A stretch of DNA of 64,000 nt, taken from assembly GCA_030265395.1 (NCBI GenBank), contig JARFYF010000064.1:232650-296649 (forward strand). Reading direction: 5' to 3'. The stretch is from Rhina ancylostomus (lineage: Eukaryota). The stretch's first letter is position 1. Every line of letters begins with the position of its first letter. This document shows, one piece after another, positions 51,505 through 64,000 of the stretch. Under the pieces are notes generated by a model. It saw only the letters and a program-made list of their open reading frames with translations, did not search any database and had not been told where the DNA came from. The position numbers and the translations under genes are program-made.

Positions 51505-51664
51505 TGTGAAAATATCTGTTTTAGTCGGATAGACAATGCCATTAGTAATCTTCCTTCCCGAATTCATCATGTTGTCTACTTCTTGGGGTTTAACTCAGTC
51601 GTTCGTTCTACTATCCAGCTCACGAAAGTTACATTATTCCTGTGTTGTTTAAAACACTTACCAT
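51505..51664 (-). repeat. Inverted copy of the GPCR upstream flank (matches 49447-49584 and 50866-51025)
   Basis: The reverse complement reads ATGGTAAGTGTTTTAAACAAC...GGCATTGTCTATCCGACTAAAACAGATATTTTCACA. Confidence 0.9.
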
Positions 51665-54600
51665 GAGGGTTGACTCGATAATAATTAGAAATGCACAACA
51701 GATGTGAAATTGGATCATATAATTAGGATGCAATGTCGCCATTTCAGCCATCTGACATATGGAAAGTTGTCCGAATTTCGGTGAAAATCCGTCAACCGTT
51801 TTTGACAATCTCAGCCTAAAACTACATGAGGATAAATCAGTTTAACTGTGATTTGCCTCTTCCTCTGATGGACGCATATCAGCCACCTAAACGAATTGGT
51901 TAGTTTTGAAACAATTTCTTTGAAACTATTGCTTTCAACATTGCCGTGTAAAAATTAAAAATACACGGCGAAACCACCAGGGAATTGGACGGCGAAAATT
52001 ATTACGTCACAAGTTGCAGTGAACGTTATGAGAAAAAGCCATCGCCACTTCTGGACAAAGAACCAATTCCAAGAAAAAAGCTTGCGCGAGACACCGCCAG
52101 TTATATCAAGGAGGCAACATACTGTTCCATGGTCTATAATTATTTTAGGATCCTGAGCAGTTCTTTCCTGTCCAAGACTGCAGGGGTCACCGGGTGGAGA
52201 ACTATGCATTTGTTTTTGAAAATATATCGTATTGATTAAAAATTACTCACTTCGGAAATGAAATGCAGAAAACATAAGAAAGGCATTTTGATGAACATCA
52301 TCTCACTCAGATATTTCACAGATCAGTTGTTCCCTTGTTGAGATGTCTGTTACGAGTTCAGTACGTCTCGACTGTTCGTTCCGAAGTTCAATGGAGACAC
52401 TGAGATGTCCCTTTTACGTTTGAACAAACTGTTAGCCAATGATGTAAACAGGATGCACAATAACTGGTGATAATGATATTTCCTTCAAAAATTAAACAAC
52501 TTTTTCTGCTTCACTATACATGGATGCCAAATGAAGATACACTGTTCCTTCGACCAGCGACACAGCATTAACACTAATTATGGTGCTGCCTCTCTGGTCT
52601 TTTTTGCAGGAGAGGTGGTGACTATACTTAGGGTTAGGGTTAGAGACAAATATTTGGGAAATACACAGCCTGTTAATACACAGCCCGAAAAAAATGCTGG
52701 TTCCGTTCCAACATGAACAGTGCGGATCCCACGGCAGTACAGCGCCAATGATCTAAGTCTAAGTACCGATGTGTTTGCATTGCCACAACATTCTGGGTTC
52801 AGTACTGTAACAGGGAAAACCAGAGACATCGTGTCATTTTGCAATCCGTTTTTTTTCCTGGCATCCATGCTATAACATGTTATTGCGGTACGATAAGGTG
52901 TCAGAAACGGATTCATAAATGTGAAACGGAAAATGTGAAACGAGGGCAAGGACGTGGCCTCTTTCAACAGAAAATACAGACGTATTTGGATTAAAAGGTT
53001 GAACTGGAGTATCGAGTGATGCACAGAGAAGAGCAACCTGGATTGTATATACAGTTCGGTCTCAGGGAACCGTGTGACAGCTGTTAGTAAAACATCACAG
53101 TGTTCATCAAGCGGGCGCAGGAAGAGAAGCACTGGGTGCATGTGTGTATTGCGGTGTCCGGTCACATTGGGACAGCGTTGGTAAAACATACAGGATCACG
53201 GTATTCATTAATAGACGCATAGAGAGTTGAAACAGAGAGTTGTGCTTAAAACTTTGGACAGAACTGGTGAAACTGGATGATTACACCTGAAGCCGTAACC
53301 ACACACTGAGAAGTATCTGACCGTCCCGGTGAGAGCGCAGGTGAAATTTGCTGGAAAGTTTCCAGATACGAGGGATTTCAGACACAGATTAGACTAGAGC
53401 AGTTGGGATTCCTGTCCTTTCACTTAAGGTGTCTAAAAGCTGATTTTCTACATGTGGACGTAACACAATGGATCTTGTTAGGAACAGGATTTGTTCAACG
53501 AGTAGTGTAACAGCAGTGACGCGGAAGTTACCTTAACAGTGGGAACAGGGATCCGGATTAACACTCCAGAGATCTGAAGTGTGAAAGATAATTTCAAACA
53601 ATAAATAATGTGGAATTTTCAGGAAAAAGACAACCACCAAAAAAAAACTTGTACAAATCAACCTTGTTCACCACTAAAACCTCAGGTGAGGAAACCTGCA
53701 AACCTGAGCCGGTGCGTCATATGCGTGACTCCAGTCCGACTCCCAATCTCTGAGGTGGCCTTTCGATATTCGATTGTACCATGACTGCCACTAACAAACG
53801 AAGAAAAAACATTACTGTATGATCACTTGACATCGACAGATTGCGGGCAGGGCGAAGTCGCAACAAACGCAGTGCACTTTTCGTACTTACACATAGCTTA
53901 AACGTGATATAGAAAACGACCATTCCCCCATCGAATCCACGCCTACTCACAAAGCAAGTCCATTTCCCAAATATTTGTCTCTGCAACCCATTCCACCAAA
54001 ATTGCCATAAATTGTCTGCTGAACATCCATGGAACATTAGCATTGTATTCAACCTGGTAACACCCACGTCTTTGGAATGTGGGAAACTGAATACCCCTGG
54101 GATACCCACGAGATCAAGGAAGAATATGTAACGTCCATGCAGATAGTACTTAAGGTTAAGATCGCTGGCGCTGTAAGGCAGGACCTGATCGGCTCAGTCG
54201 ATGTTCCAATGTCCTCCAAACAAATACGTGAGGCTGGTCCCTAAATGTGGAGATGACACCCATATAGTTGACATGCAACAGCAGGGCGGACGGACACACG
54301 GAATCAATACTTAATGGAAATGGCCAGGACCTTCCATTGCAACACCAAACAGAATCTGAAGCTCTGGAATCAAGGTGGAAGACTTCAAGAATCTCGCAGC
54401 TTCAGGTTAATCATTGGCAAGGACCTTTCACCAAAATACTACCTACAGTCCTCCTGAGCAGCTGATGAATCAATGTTCCTCTATACAGAACAACACTTGG
54501 AAGAAGTATTGACAGTAACAAGGACACATAACCAACACTGAGTGGGGACGACTATGTCCGTTACCAACTGTGACTTGGTAAAACTAGCACCGGCCGAATA

Positions 54601-55899
54601 CTGATGGATGTCACTGCCAGAGTTAAACGGCAGCAGGTTGTAACGAACCAGCACGAACAATGGGCCTGCCTGACCTTGTCCTCCAGTGGCAGATGAACAT
54701 TGGGTGACAATTTCCAGCTCAGCTCTCCCGCAGATGGTGACGTATAGAAGGAAGTCACAACTGTCCGAGTGAAAAGGATGCAGATAAAATAAAGCCAACC
54801 GAAGCCTCACTAGCAGGAGATATCCCGGGGACAGACTGTGTGTGAATGCAAGCTGACACTAGACATCATGGAAAATATTGCAGGCCCCAGATCTCGCGGA
54901 CTGAGCGCCACTGGTTAAATAACATGAGCAAATTATGCTTTCCTCTCTCATTGTGGTTGGGTTGAGCGAAGCCGCTCTCCGCCAGTGAAACCTCATCTGT
55001 CTGAGCTGTTTCACGGTGCCCAGCACAAGGTTGTCCCCATGACTCTCATCGACATCACCCTGAACCTCCTGAAATGTGGTGTTTACAGAGAACGGGACGC
55101 ACATTGCAGATGTAAAAATGGGCGACGAAAGTTGCGGCTGCGCGTTGAAGTTCAGTGCTGACCTTTCTATCAGAGCGTCAGACCTCGTAACACGTTCACA
55201 AACGGAGTCATGACAGTTTTGTAAAAAGTTATCTTAACCTACGAGGAATAACACAGACAGTAAGTGTCGGGTAGTAAATGTCACAGAGTTAGAGACTTTT
55301 TTTCAGACTCATTGCTCTTGCAACTAACCGGAAGTAATCGTTCTAATCTAACACATCAATAGAAAATACTGGAAATACTTGATAGTTCAAGGGCCATTTG
55401 TGGAAAAAGAAACAGAGTGACCGTTTCATGTCAAAAACCTTCTTCAGATTTGGCAAGGAGAAAAAAAATACAAGTTGGTATTTTCAGAAGGGGAAGCTGG
55501 GATCGAAAACGCCGACCTCGGATAAGGTGAAAGCTAGGTGATATGCTGGAAACTAGACATATAGATAGACCATCGCAATCAAAGTAGCTACATCACTGTC
55601 CTTCAGAACCGCGTGTATTATGATACATTTGGAGGAGAATCACGACGAATCATGTCGGAGTGTTCTCCAGCGTCGTGGAGAGAGAGTACGTTACTTTGGT
55701 CGCCCACCTACTTCCGTCCGTTATATTGGCGACGATTTATCAGAAATAATGCTTTACTAAATCAATGAACAGAACCATTCCATCAACATTAGCTATAATT
55801 TCGTAACTTTAAAAGTTTTTGCCACTGTGAGTAACATATGAGCAAGCATTGAAACTTCTCAATCGAACCAAAAGTTGGAAAATGGATAATTATCAGGTT

Positions 55900-56600
55900 A
55901 GTCCACTGTAACCGCTGAGGTGTCAAATGTGGGTCCTCAACTGTTTAACCAGTTTAATGATTACACTTCGTACATTGCAGCCACTTGTGCTGATCAAGTG
56001 AAGATGGACGGGAAATTTCGTGATGAGGATGGCACAATGTTTGCGAAGGCAAGGAGATGGGAGAAGGGAAAGTGCTAAATTAGCAGAGGGAGGTGTGAAA
56101 TAGACCAGTTCTGTGAGAATAATTGAGAAGAAAAACGTTCTTCACGTGGAGAGAAGAGACAACAGGATAATGCTTTACCGAAGGAATCACTTGCCCTCCT
56201 ACATTAACCAGAACATTAGCAGCAGAAAAAAGCAATCCCCGAGTAAGGCAATATGAATATTATCCTTTATTGTAAACCCGAGCTCGCGAAGTGTGGATTC
56301 AACGGTAAGAGTACTGGTATGATCACGCCTGAATATTGCGCACAGTTTTGTTCTGGAGGTTTAAGTGGGGATAGACGTACTGAATGACACTGAGAAGTTT
56401 ATCTCCTTAAACTCCGAAAATTAAAGTATGAATTAATGATCAGAACTTGAGCATATTAGTGTATACTCATACGGAGAATAACAGGTGAACGCATACGAAA
56501 GTCTGGAGAATTCCAAGTGAACTTTAAAATAGACATTGAAGGGACGTTTCACGTTAACAGAGCATCTGTATCTGATGGGCATAGTTTGAGACTAAAGCGG
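55900..56600 (+). mobile_element. Highly degraded CR1 RT fragment
   Basis: GPQLF-like GGTCCTCAACTGTTT and EYCAQF-like GAATATTGCGCACAGTTT. Confidence 0.5.
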
Positions 56601-56689
56601 TCCACTTTTTATCTCTGAAAACGGAGAGCTGAAGAAAATCCATTGTATCACTGTTCAGTGTATCGGGCAGCTGCGTGCTGTTGTGGTTG

Positions 56690-58661
56690 TCGGCGGCTGT
56701 GACCAATTCTGTGGGTCTAAACATAAAATCTGATCCCGATTATTCTTCTCCCGTATATATTGCGTCTCACACTGGATACCTGCTCTCGTGCCTGAATTCG
56801 AGAACAAGCCGGGTATTTACGAAGTGACCCAAACTAAATTCAGGGAGTAGCGGCCTACGTTGTTCGTGTCACCTGGGACCTTCATTCTGACATTGACCAA
56901 GAAACACGTAAGTCAAACCGAGTCGTCCTGTCCTACGTAGGTTCAGTTCCATCTTGCGCCCCCGTTACGCCAGGCACTATTCTGTCTGGAATTCGGGTTG
57001 CTTGAATATGCAAAGTGGACGGGAATTTGTACGAGGTCAGAAGCCCGACCAGACGCAAGGCCAAGGCCGAAGGCCGGCGCGAGGGCGTCACGATACCCGA
57101 CCCAACGTGGGGCCCAACCAGCCGTGCAGGGTCCCGACGTCGATGCCCCTCTTGACGACCTCACTTATCTGCTGACGTCCTCTTCAAGGGCTTAAACCTG
57201 TGTGGAAGCAACAAATTAACTCAGCGGCATCTACTCCAGATCTTCCAAGCTTACCTTCCAGTGCAGGTGAGTCCCCTCCAGGTCTTCAATGTCGAGCAAG
57301 GAGAAGTCACTTACCATCCAGTCCAGGGTAATCCAGTCCAGGTCTTACTAATCTGACCCTAAACAATAACTTACCTGGTGACTCCACTTCAAGAAACGTG
57401 GGAAGAGGGTTGGGCTGCAGGCGAGGCTGAAACAACGTGGTTACAAGATGCCCCTTCCCAGCATACTACTAGCTAACTTCCTGTCCATTGAGAACAAATT
57501 TGATGAACGAAGGACCAGACTGACCTACCAAAAGGAACTGAAGGACTGCTGTGTACTATGTCTCACTGAAACGTGGGTCACACCTTCCTCATTCAACTCT
57601 GCTGTCCAGCCTGAGGGCTTCTCAGTTCATAGAATGGAACGTACAGTGTATTCAGGCAAACTTGAAGGCGGAAGGGTCTGCTTCTCAATCGAGTTCTGCT
57701 CGGACGTGACGGTCCTGGCGATCTCCTACTCACCCAGCCTGGAATATCTAATGGTGAAGTGTTGACCATTCTATCTGCCGAGGGAGTTCGCTTCAGCTAT
57801 CCTGACGGCAGTTTACATCCCACCACAGACGGACATGAAACCTGTATTCTGTGAGCTACACTCCGAGGTCAACAACCTTCAGACAGGATACCCTGAGTTC
57901 CACTTTCTTATCGCAGGTGACTTCGATCAGGCCAACATCAAGAGTGTGTTACCAAACTACAATCAGCACACCCCCTGCTACATCAGGGGCATCAACACAC
58001 TTGACCATTGCTATACAATCATCAAAGATGCCTTCCGAGCCACCCCCTTCCTCACTTTGGAAAATCAGACCACCAGGCTGTTCTCCTTCTCCCTGCATGC
58101 AAACATAAACTGAAACGGGAGGGTCCGGTACGAAGAGCCATGCCGTGCTGGTCTGAGGAAGCGGATGAGCTCTTTGGTGACTGTTTTGATACGGTGGACT
58201 GATCCATGTTCAAAGACTCGGCTGCCAACGAGTATGCCACCACCATCACAGACTTTATCAGCAAGCGTGTGTGGGATTGTGTATTAAAGAAGATAATACG
58301 GGTGTCCGCAAACAGGAAACCACGGATGAACCGAGATATCCACTCCCTACTGGTGGAGAGAATTGATGTGCACTAATACGGCGATTCTTATCTATACACA
58401 AAGTTGAGGTATGACCTTCGGAAAGCTATAATCTATGATGAAATACCGACTCAAAATAGAGTCCCTGACCAGACGTCTGTTATGGTAGCACTTCCAGCCA
58501 TAATAGGCTGCAAGACGAATTCAGGCTGCATAGCTTACAACAGCGCACCCCTTCCTGATGAACCTAACACATTCTATGCACAGTTTGAAGAGAAGGGAAA
58601 TGGATTGTCTCTATCCATCCTGACGGCCACCAATGCAGCTGAAACTGTGATCACAGTAAAG
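56690..58661 (+). mobile_element. Rex1/Babar-like LINE, 5' half (related to 19470-21600), cut by a hAT insertion
   Basis: PLPSILLANFLSIENKFDE...LCLTETW, LIAGDFDQAN, TLDHCY, HFGKSDHQAVLLLP, APLPDEPNTFYAQFE. The 5' boundary is approximate. Confidence 0.88.
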
Positions 58662-59158
58662 CAGAGGTTTTCAACCTGTGGTCCGCGGGCCCCTGATGGT
58701 CCTGGTGGGTTTCCGGGCGTCCGCCAACTAGCCAAGAAAAACGATGGAAAAGCGACCTGATACAAAGAACGTAGCTTACTTGCTTGCTCCAGTTTTCCCA
58801 CTGCAGGTTGCAGTTCCTTTTTCCAGACCTTCCTTAACCCGATTTTGTATGTAACTCGGAACAGTGTCCGTGCATGCACACTTGGCTCGGGGATCGCCGC
58901 CGCACACAGGCCCCAGCCACACATATGCACTTGGCGCGGGGTTCAGAAAATCTGTCATATCTGTTCTTTCTGTTATAGGCGACAACCTCAGAGATTCAGA
59001 CGGTGTTCCCTTCTGGTAAGCTGCCGCTTAGTATTTGATTTGTGAGGTCAGAGTAGTCAGTACTGTTCACTACTCACTACTATTCTGATACTGTAGTGTT
59101 AGTACTATTAGCACTGTAGTGTTAGCGATACTGAGTGCCGTTGTTGGTGTGTCTTAAT

Positions 59159-59410
59159 TGTGGCGACTTACCTTTCACGAACCGGCTCCCACGGTCGCGA
59201 GAGTCGTCGGAAGCCCCGACACAAGATGGCGCGGGGCACTCCTTATTTGTGGGATAGTGGAGCCCGCGCGCGGGAAGGTCACGTGACCTGCGCGTGACGT
59301 CAGCGCGGGAACGGTGTTTATAAAAGGGGCAGCGCACACCAGTCGTTCATTCGACTCTTGGACTCCAAACAAGTGTCTCGTGTCTTTATTCAGTGTAGCT
59401 AGTCGCTACA
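59159..59410 (+). mobile_element. 252-bp solo LTR with a 4-bp TSD, nested in the hAT element
   Basis: TGTGGCGACT...AGTCGCTACA inverted termini (9/10 match), TAAT on both sides, TATAAAA at 59319, CpG-rich. Confidence 0.88.
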
Positions 59411-59548
59411 TAATAATGTTTCTTACTCATCGTGCATTAACGCCACATTGACGTCACAGTTAAACAAACAGTGCGCAAGCGTGTAAATTTCAGATTAGTT
59501 TTGATAATTTTGTTCATCAGTAATAGTAATTAAATTGTCCAGTGTGTC

Positions 59549-60765
59549 ATGCTGAGTATGGAGAAAATTCTGAAGAGAAAAGCTGACCAGAAATCGGAAG
59601 ATTCTGATGACGAAGAGGATAAGGGTGACCGAAAGAGAAAACAACGGAAGTACGATCCAGAATACATTTCATGTGGCTTCATCGCAGTGGTGACAAATGC
59701 GGACCAACCACTCTGTGTTGTGTGTTTACAAACACTGCCCAACTGTGCAATGAAACCAGAGAAACTGCAGCGCCGTTTAACAAGAGTGCATCCAGATATT
59801 GCCAGGAGGCCGAAGGAATATTTTGAGCGGCAAAATGAACTGCACCTCAAGCAGAAAGGCAAAGTGTCACCCTGCGCCACTGTAAATGAGGAGGTTCTTC
59901 GCGCATTGTATTTGGTAGCATTACGAATAGCACGTTCCAGAAAGCCTCACACAACTGGAGAAGAGCGTATCCTGCCTACAGCAGTAGATATGTGCGAAGT
60001 TTTACTGGGAAAAGAATCCAATCAAAAACTGGAAGCCATTCCACTGTCTGATAACACTGTCAGCAGAAGAATTGGCGATATGGCGGGATATCTACAGAGC
60101 CAGCTGACAGCACGTCTTCAGCAAGTCAGATTTGCGATTCAGCTCGATGAAAGTACTGATATTGCCAGTGCTGCGCAGTTGTTGGTTTATGTTCGATATT
60201 GCTGGGAAGGAGAGGCTTTGGAAGACTTTTTCTTTTGTAAGGTGGAGCGCGTACAACCGATGAAGAACTTTTCCGAGGGCTTGACACGTTTTTTGTATAA
60301 TCGGCATTGGCGTGGGCACAGTGTACTGAAGTCTGCACAGATGATGCTGTCACAATGACGGGACGGAAGTCGGGTCCAGTCGCAGGAGTGAAAGAAGTAG
60401 CTCCACATGCAGAAGCAACCCACTGCATGATTCACTGAGAGGCTGCAAAGGATATGGATGGAAATCTTGCCGATGTGCTTTCCATGTGCATTAAAATCAT
60501 AATTTTATCAAAGCCAAGCCGCTCAGTCATCATTTTTTTGAAAATATATGCCGTTAAATGGAAGCCGAGCATCAGCATTCGTTGCTTCACACAGAGTCAG
60601 ATGGCTGTCACGAGGACGCATTGTGCAGCGTGTACATGAATTGCGAGATGAACTGCTCAGTTTTCTAAATGAGCATAACGGATCATTGGATAGTTCTTGA
60701 CAGATGAGACTGAGGTTGACAGATTATCTTATCTTGCAGATATCTTGCAGATAATTTCAACATAC
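59549..60765 (+). pseudogene. ZBED5/SCAND3-like (Buster) transposase, disrupted
   Basis: RKYDPEYISCGF, BED-like CVVC...MKPEKL..H, KPHTTGEE, IPLSDNTVSRRI, FAIQLDESTD, THCMIH* and RWLSRG. Frameshift near 60242 and stop near 60436. Confidence 0.9.
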
Positions 60766-62580
60766 TTCGGGGGCTTCACTTCGGAGGACTTCGGAGCAGG
60801 TATGTTTTTCTTATGATATTTTTTCTAAGGTTTTAAAGTGTAAGTTAGTTTTAATAAGATTGTAATTTAGTGGGGTTAATGTTTTTATAAGGCACTTTTA
60901 TAAGGGTTGTAAAAGTTTTAAGTGGTGGAGTAGGGGCTGAAATGCGCAGGCGCGACGCGGACAGATGAAAAAGGGAACAGCCTCTCCAGCGGGCAGAGTC
61001 GGAGCAGGCAGTGGAGTGAGGAAGAAGCAGAGTGTGACGGGCTTTGGCTCAAGCGACTTCGCGTGAAGGGGCGAGGAAAGGTAACATACTTGCGTCAAGA
61101 AGGGGCACTCGCGGTTTCCTGTACTCACTGACAGATGTGGGAATTCATGGAGTCTCCCTACTTCCGGGCAGGCTACGTCTGCGCTCGGTGTGTCGAGCTG
61201 CTGCTCCTGAGGGAACTGGAAATGTAACTCGATTACCTACATCTGGCCAGGGTGAGTGAGGAGGTGGTAGAGAAGAGTTATAGGCAGGTGGTAACGCCGG
61301 GACCATCGGAATCAGGCAATTGGGTCACCAGTCATGAGGAGGAAGGGAAAGGGGGAAGAGTCAGGTACTAGAGCTTGCCCCATGTGGCTGTACCCATTGA
61401 CAATAAGTACATGCTGCTAAAGTACTCTTTGGGGAGACAGCCTACCTGGGGGAAGCAACTGTGGCGGTGTCTCTGGCACAGAGCCCGGCCTGTGGCTCAG
61501 GTGGGCAGGAGAGGAGTGAGGAGGACCCTAGTAATAGGGTCCGGGATGTTTCGGATCGTGTCTAGGATATCCTGAAGGGGAGGGAGAACAGCCAGAGGTC
61601 GTGGGACACATTAGTACCAACGACATAGGTAGGGAAAGGAATGAGGTCCTGAAAAAAGATTATAGAGAATTCGGAGGGAATTTGAGAAGCAGGACCTCAA
61701 AGGTAGTAATTTCCAGATTACTGCCTGTGTTCAGCGACAGCGGGTAAAGAAACAGGATGAGAAGGAGGTTAAATGTGTGGTTGACGGATTGGAGTAAGGA
61801 TCAGGGATTCAGTTTTCTGCATCATTAGGGCCTCTTTTGAGGCAGATATGAACTGTTCAAGGAGACCAGATTGCACTTGAATCCTAGGGGGACCAAGATA
61901 CTGGCGGGGAGGTTTGGTCAGGCTACCGGGGAGAGTTTAAGAGAGATTTGTTGGGGGTGGTATCTGTACTGCAGAGACTGGTGTTTGTCTCTCAAGTCGA
62001 GGAAGCTAGGAGAAAGTACCATAAGCAGGTGAGAGAGAAGGGATGTATTCAGACAGGCTTTAAATGTGTCTATTTTAACGCAAGGAGTATTGTCAACAAG
62101 GCGGATGAGCTTAAGAGCTTCGATCGATACTTGGAGCTATGATTTGGTGGCAATTACTGAGACTTGGATGGCTCCGGGGCTGAAATGGTTGATTCAAGTG
62201 TCGGGTTTTAGATGTTTCAGGAAGGACAGGGAGGGAGGTGAGAGAGGTGGGGGAGTGGCACTGTTGATCAGAGAGAGTGTCACGGCTGTGGAAAATGTGG
62301 ACGTTGTGGAGGGATTGTCTACAGAGTCTCTGTGGGTGGAGGTCAGGAACAGGAAGGGGTCGATAACTTTACTGGGTGTTTTTTATAGGCCGCCCAATAG
62401 TGACAGGGATATTGAGGAGCAGATAGGGAAGCAGATCCTGGAAAGGTGTGAGGATAACAGAGTTGTTGTGATGGGGGATTTTAATTTCCCAAACATTGAT
62501 TTCCCAGACAGTGAGGGGTTTGGATGGGGTGGAGTTTGTTAGGTGTGTTCAGGAAGGGTTCTTGACACAATATGTAGATA
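60766..62580 (+). mobile_element. CR1 LINE 5' portion (5' UTR, ORF1 remnants, ORF2 APE), running into a gap
   Basis: YVCARCVELLLL, HISTNDIGR (SGNH block), CVYFNARSIVNKADEL, AITETW, GGGVALLI, GVFYRPP, VVMGDFNFPNID. Confidence 0.9.
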
Positions 62581-62699
62581 NNNNNNNNNNNNNNNNNNNN
62601 NNNNNNNNNNNNNNNNNNNNNNNNNNNNNNNNNNNNNNNNNNNNNNNNNNNNNNNNNNNNNNNNNNNNNNNNNNNNNNNNAACTAACGAAAAAGATGAT

Positions 62700-63420
62700 C
62701 CTCCTGCATCTTTGGTGTCTATTTTACAATTGCTTCGAAAACGCACAGATGATTCTTCCGTGGCGTTTCAACAGCTTAACTCCAAGCTGCACTCCATTCA
62801 AAATCCCTCAGACGATCACGATAAGGAATTTGAAGTGAACGAAACGACTCCTTCGATTTAGGATGCGAAAATTGATGATTTAGGAAAGCTTTGTAAAAAA
62901 GATCAAAATTTAATGAAAAGTGAATGCAGAAGCTTGTCGATTTAGAAAACAGATGCAAAAGAAATAAACTATGTGTTCTGGGTCTTAAGGAATCGATCGA
63001 ATGTGCCCAGGCTGCGAAATTCTTTGAAAACATTTTGGCACAACTATTCCCTAATATTTTATCATCTCCGTCTCAGGTCAATCGAGCGCAGAGATCGCTG
63101 GTGCAAAAACCTGGTGCTGGAGATAGACCCAGATCGGTTATAATCTGTCTACATCACATTCAAATAAAAGAGCTTTCAATTCGTAATTCCCGTCGAAGAG
63201 AAATGATCGATTACCAAGATTACAAGATCAGAATTGTTGACGATCTTTTTTTACCAGTTATGAATGAACGCGTGAAACTCAAAAAGATTATGTGAGAATA
63301 TTTGAACTTCAGTTTCAAGCCTTCTCTCCGTTGCCCTACAAAGCTTAGAATTATTCGGAAAAGTGGCTCGCAGAAGTGGTTTCGTTCGGTCGATCAAGTA
63401 TTTCTGGAACCTGAAGATTA
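62700..63420 (+). mobile_element. L1-clade ORF1p remnant
   Basis: KLVDLENRCKRNKLCVLGLKESIE...VNRAQRSL...PRSVIICLHHIQIKE...KIRIVDD, matching the DLENRSRRNN / RAHR / PRxII pattern of L1 ORF1p. Confidence 0.85.
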
Positions 63421-64000
63421 ATGGTTCCGAATTTTTCTGCAGGATCTCTTGGTAACCCTTTGTAGCTAACACTCTTTCTGAATCTTTGATGCCTCACTAA
63501 GAGAGTCAGGTTTTAATGAGCTAATACCTTGCATGCACATGTATTTTTAATTATTGATATTTTAATATTTTATTTTATATAGCTTTTGAGGTTTTTCCTT
63601 TATTAAGGAGGCTCAGTACAGGTGCTTATCATTTAATTACTTTGAAATCGTGTTTTATTTTTCAATTCGCTGTTTTGACTGGGTTGGAATTATCTAACCT
63701 TGAAACAAAGGAGCAGGACTCTTTTGAGAGGGACTTTTCTGTTTCTTCAGCTGCCGACTGTCTATTGGTCGGCTTTATGTCTTTGGGTGATTGGAGGGAA
63801 GGTGGATTCCTTCTTTGGAAGCTGTTTTGGGTTCACAGCCAAGTCTGTTGCTTGGTTACATTATTTGAAAGCTCGTTGTCTTGTTTTAATTTACATTCCA
63901 TTATGGTCTGATTGTTACCCTCTTTTTTAACTGCACCTGAATAATATTAAAATGTATCAAACTATTGATCTACTTAGTTTTAACGCGAAAATGTTAAAAC

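Larger units (their letters stand above)
58662..60765 (+). mobile_element. hAT (Buster/Charlie) DNA transposon, left end through transposase, 3'-interrupted
   Basis: TIR-like CAGAGGTTTTCAACCTG at 58662, preceded by the 8-mer CAGTAAAG (nnnTAnnn Buster target pattern), exactly where LINE homology stops. Confidence 0.85.

Noticed and set aside
52628-52643. TTAGGGTTAGGGTTAG telomere-like repeat
   Set aside because: Fewer than three units; too short to call an interstitial telomeric site.
52578-53189. 203-aa minus-strand ORF, and the hydrophobic ORF at 51955-52209
   Set aside because: No recognisable domain or supportable exon structure; cannot be called without a homology search.
59549-60358. 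Functional domesticated ZBED5/SCAND3 gene
   Set aside because: It retains a TIR, is frameshifted with downstream stops, and is cut by a CR1 insertion.
1-64000. CRISPR arrays, rRNA, operon-like or prokaryotic systems
   Set aside because: No regularly spaced repeat-spacer arrays or rRNA motifs were seen; the content is intron-containing vertebrate DNA.

Overview
Repeat-rich vertebrate genomic DNA from a gapped scaffold, most likely a cartilaginous fish (shark or ray). The taxon is inferred from the CR1/V-SINE repertoire and the receptor family. The main host content is a cluster of short two-exon class A GPCR genes resembling the GPR139/GPR142 family. One gene is apparently intact (minus strand, exon 1 24611-24680 joined to exon 2 18184-19070, 318 aa). 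At least six other loci or fragments are gap-broken, frameshifted or LTR-disrupted (about 2.4, 4.2-5.2, 33.2-34.1, 39.1-39.7, 47.4-49.1 and 50.1-50.5 kb), several inside a local segmental duplication. The rest is mostly transposable elements: CR1 LINEs, Rex1/Babar-like LINEs, an L1 ORF1 remnant, tRNA-derived V-SINEs with two different tails, solo LTRs with target-site duplications (TSDs), a Ty3/Gypsy pol fragment, an endogenous retrovirus IN+env remnant, and a Buster-type hAT transposon inside a four-element nest. No rRNA, true tRNA or CRISPR was seen. All family assignments come from motif recognition by eye, not database searches.
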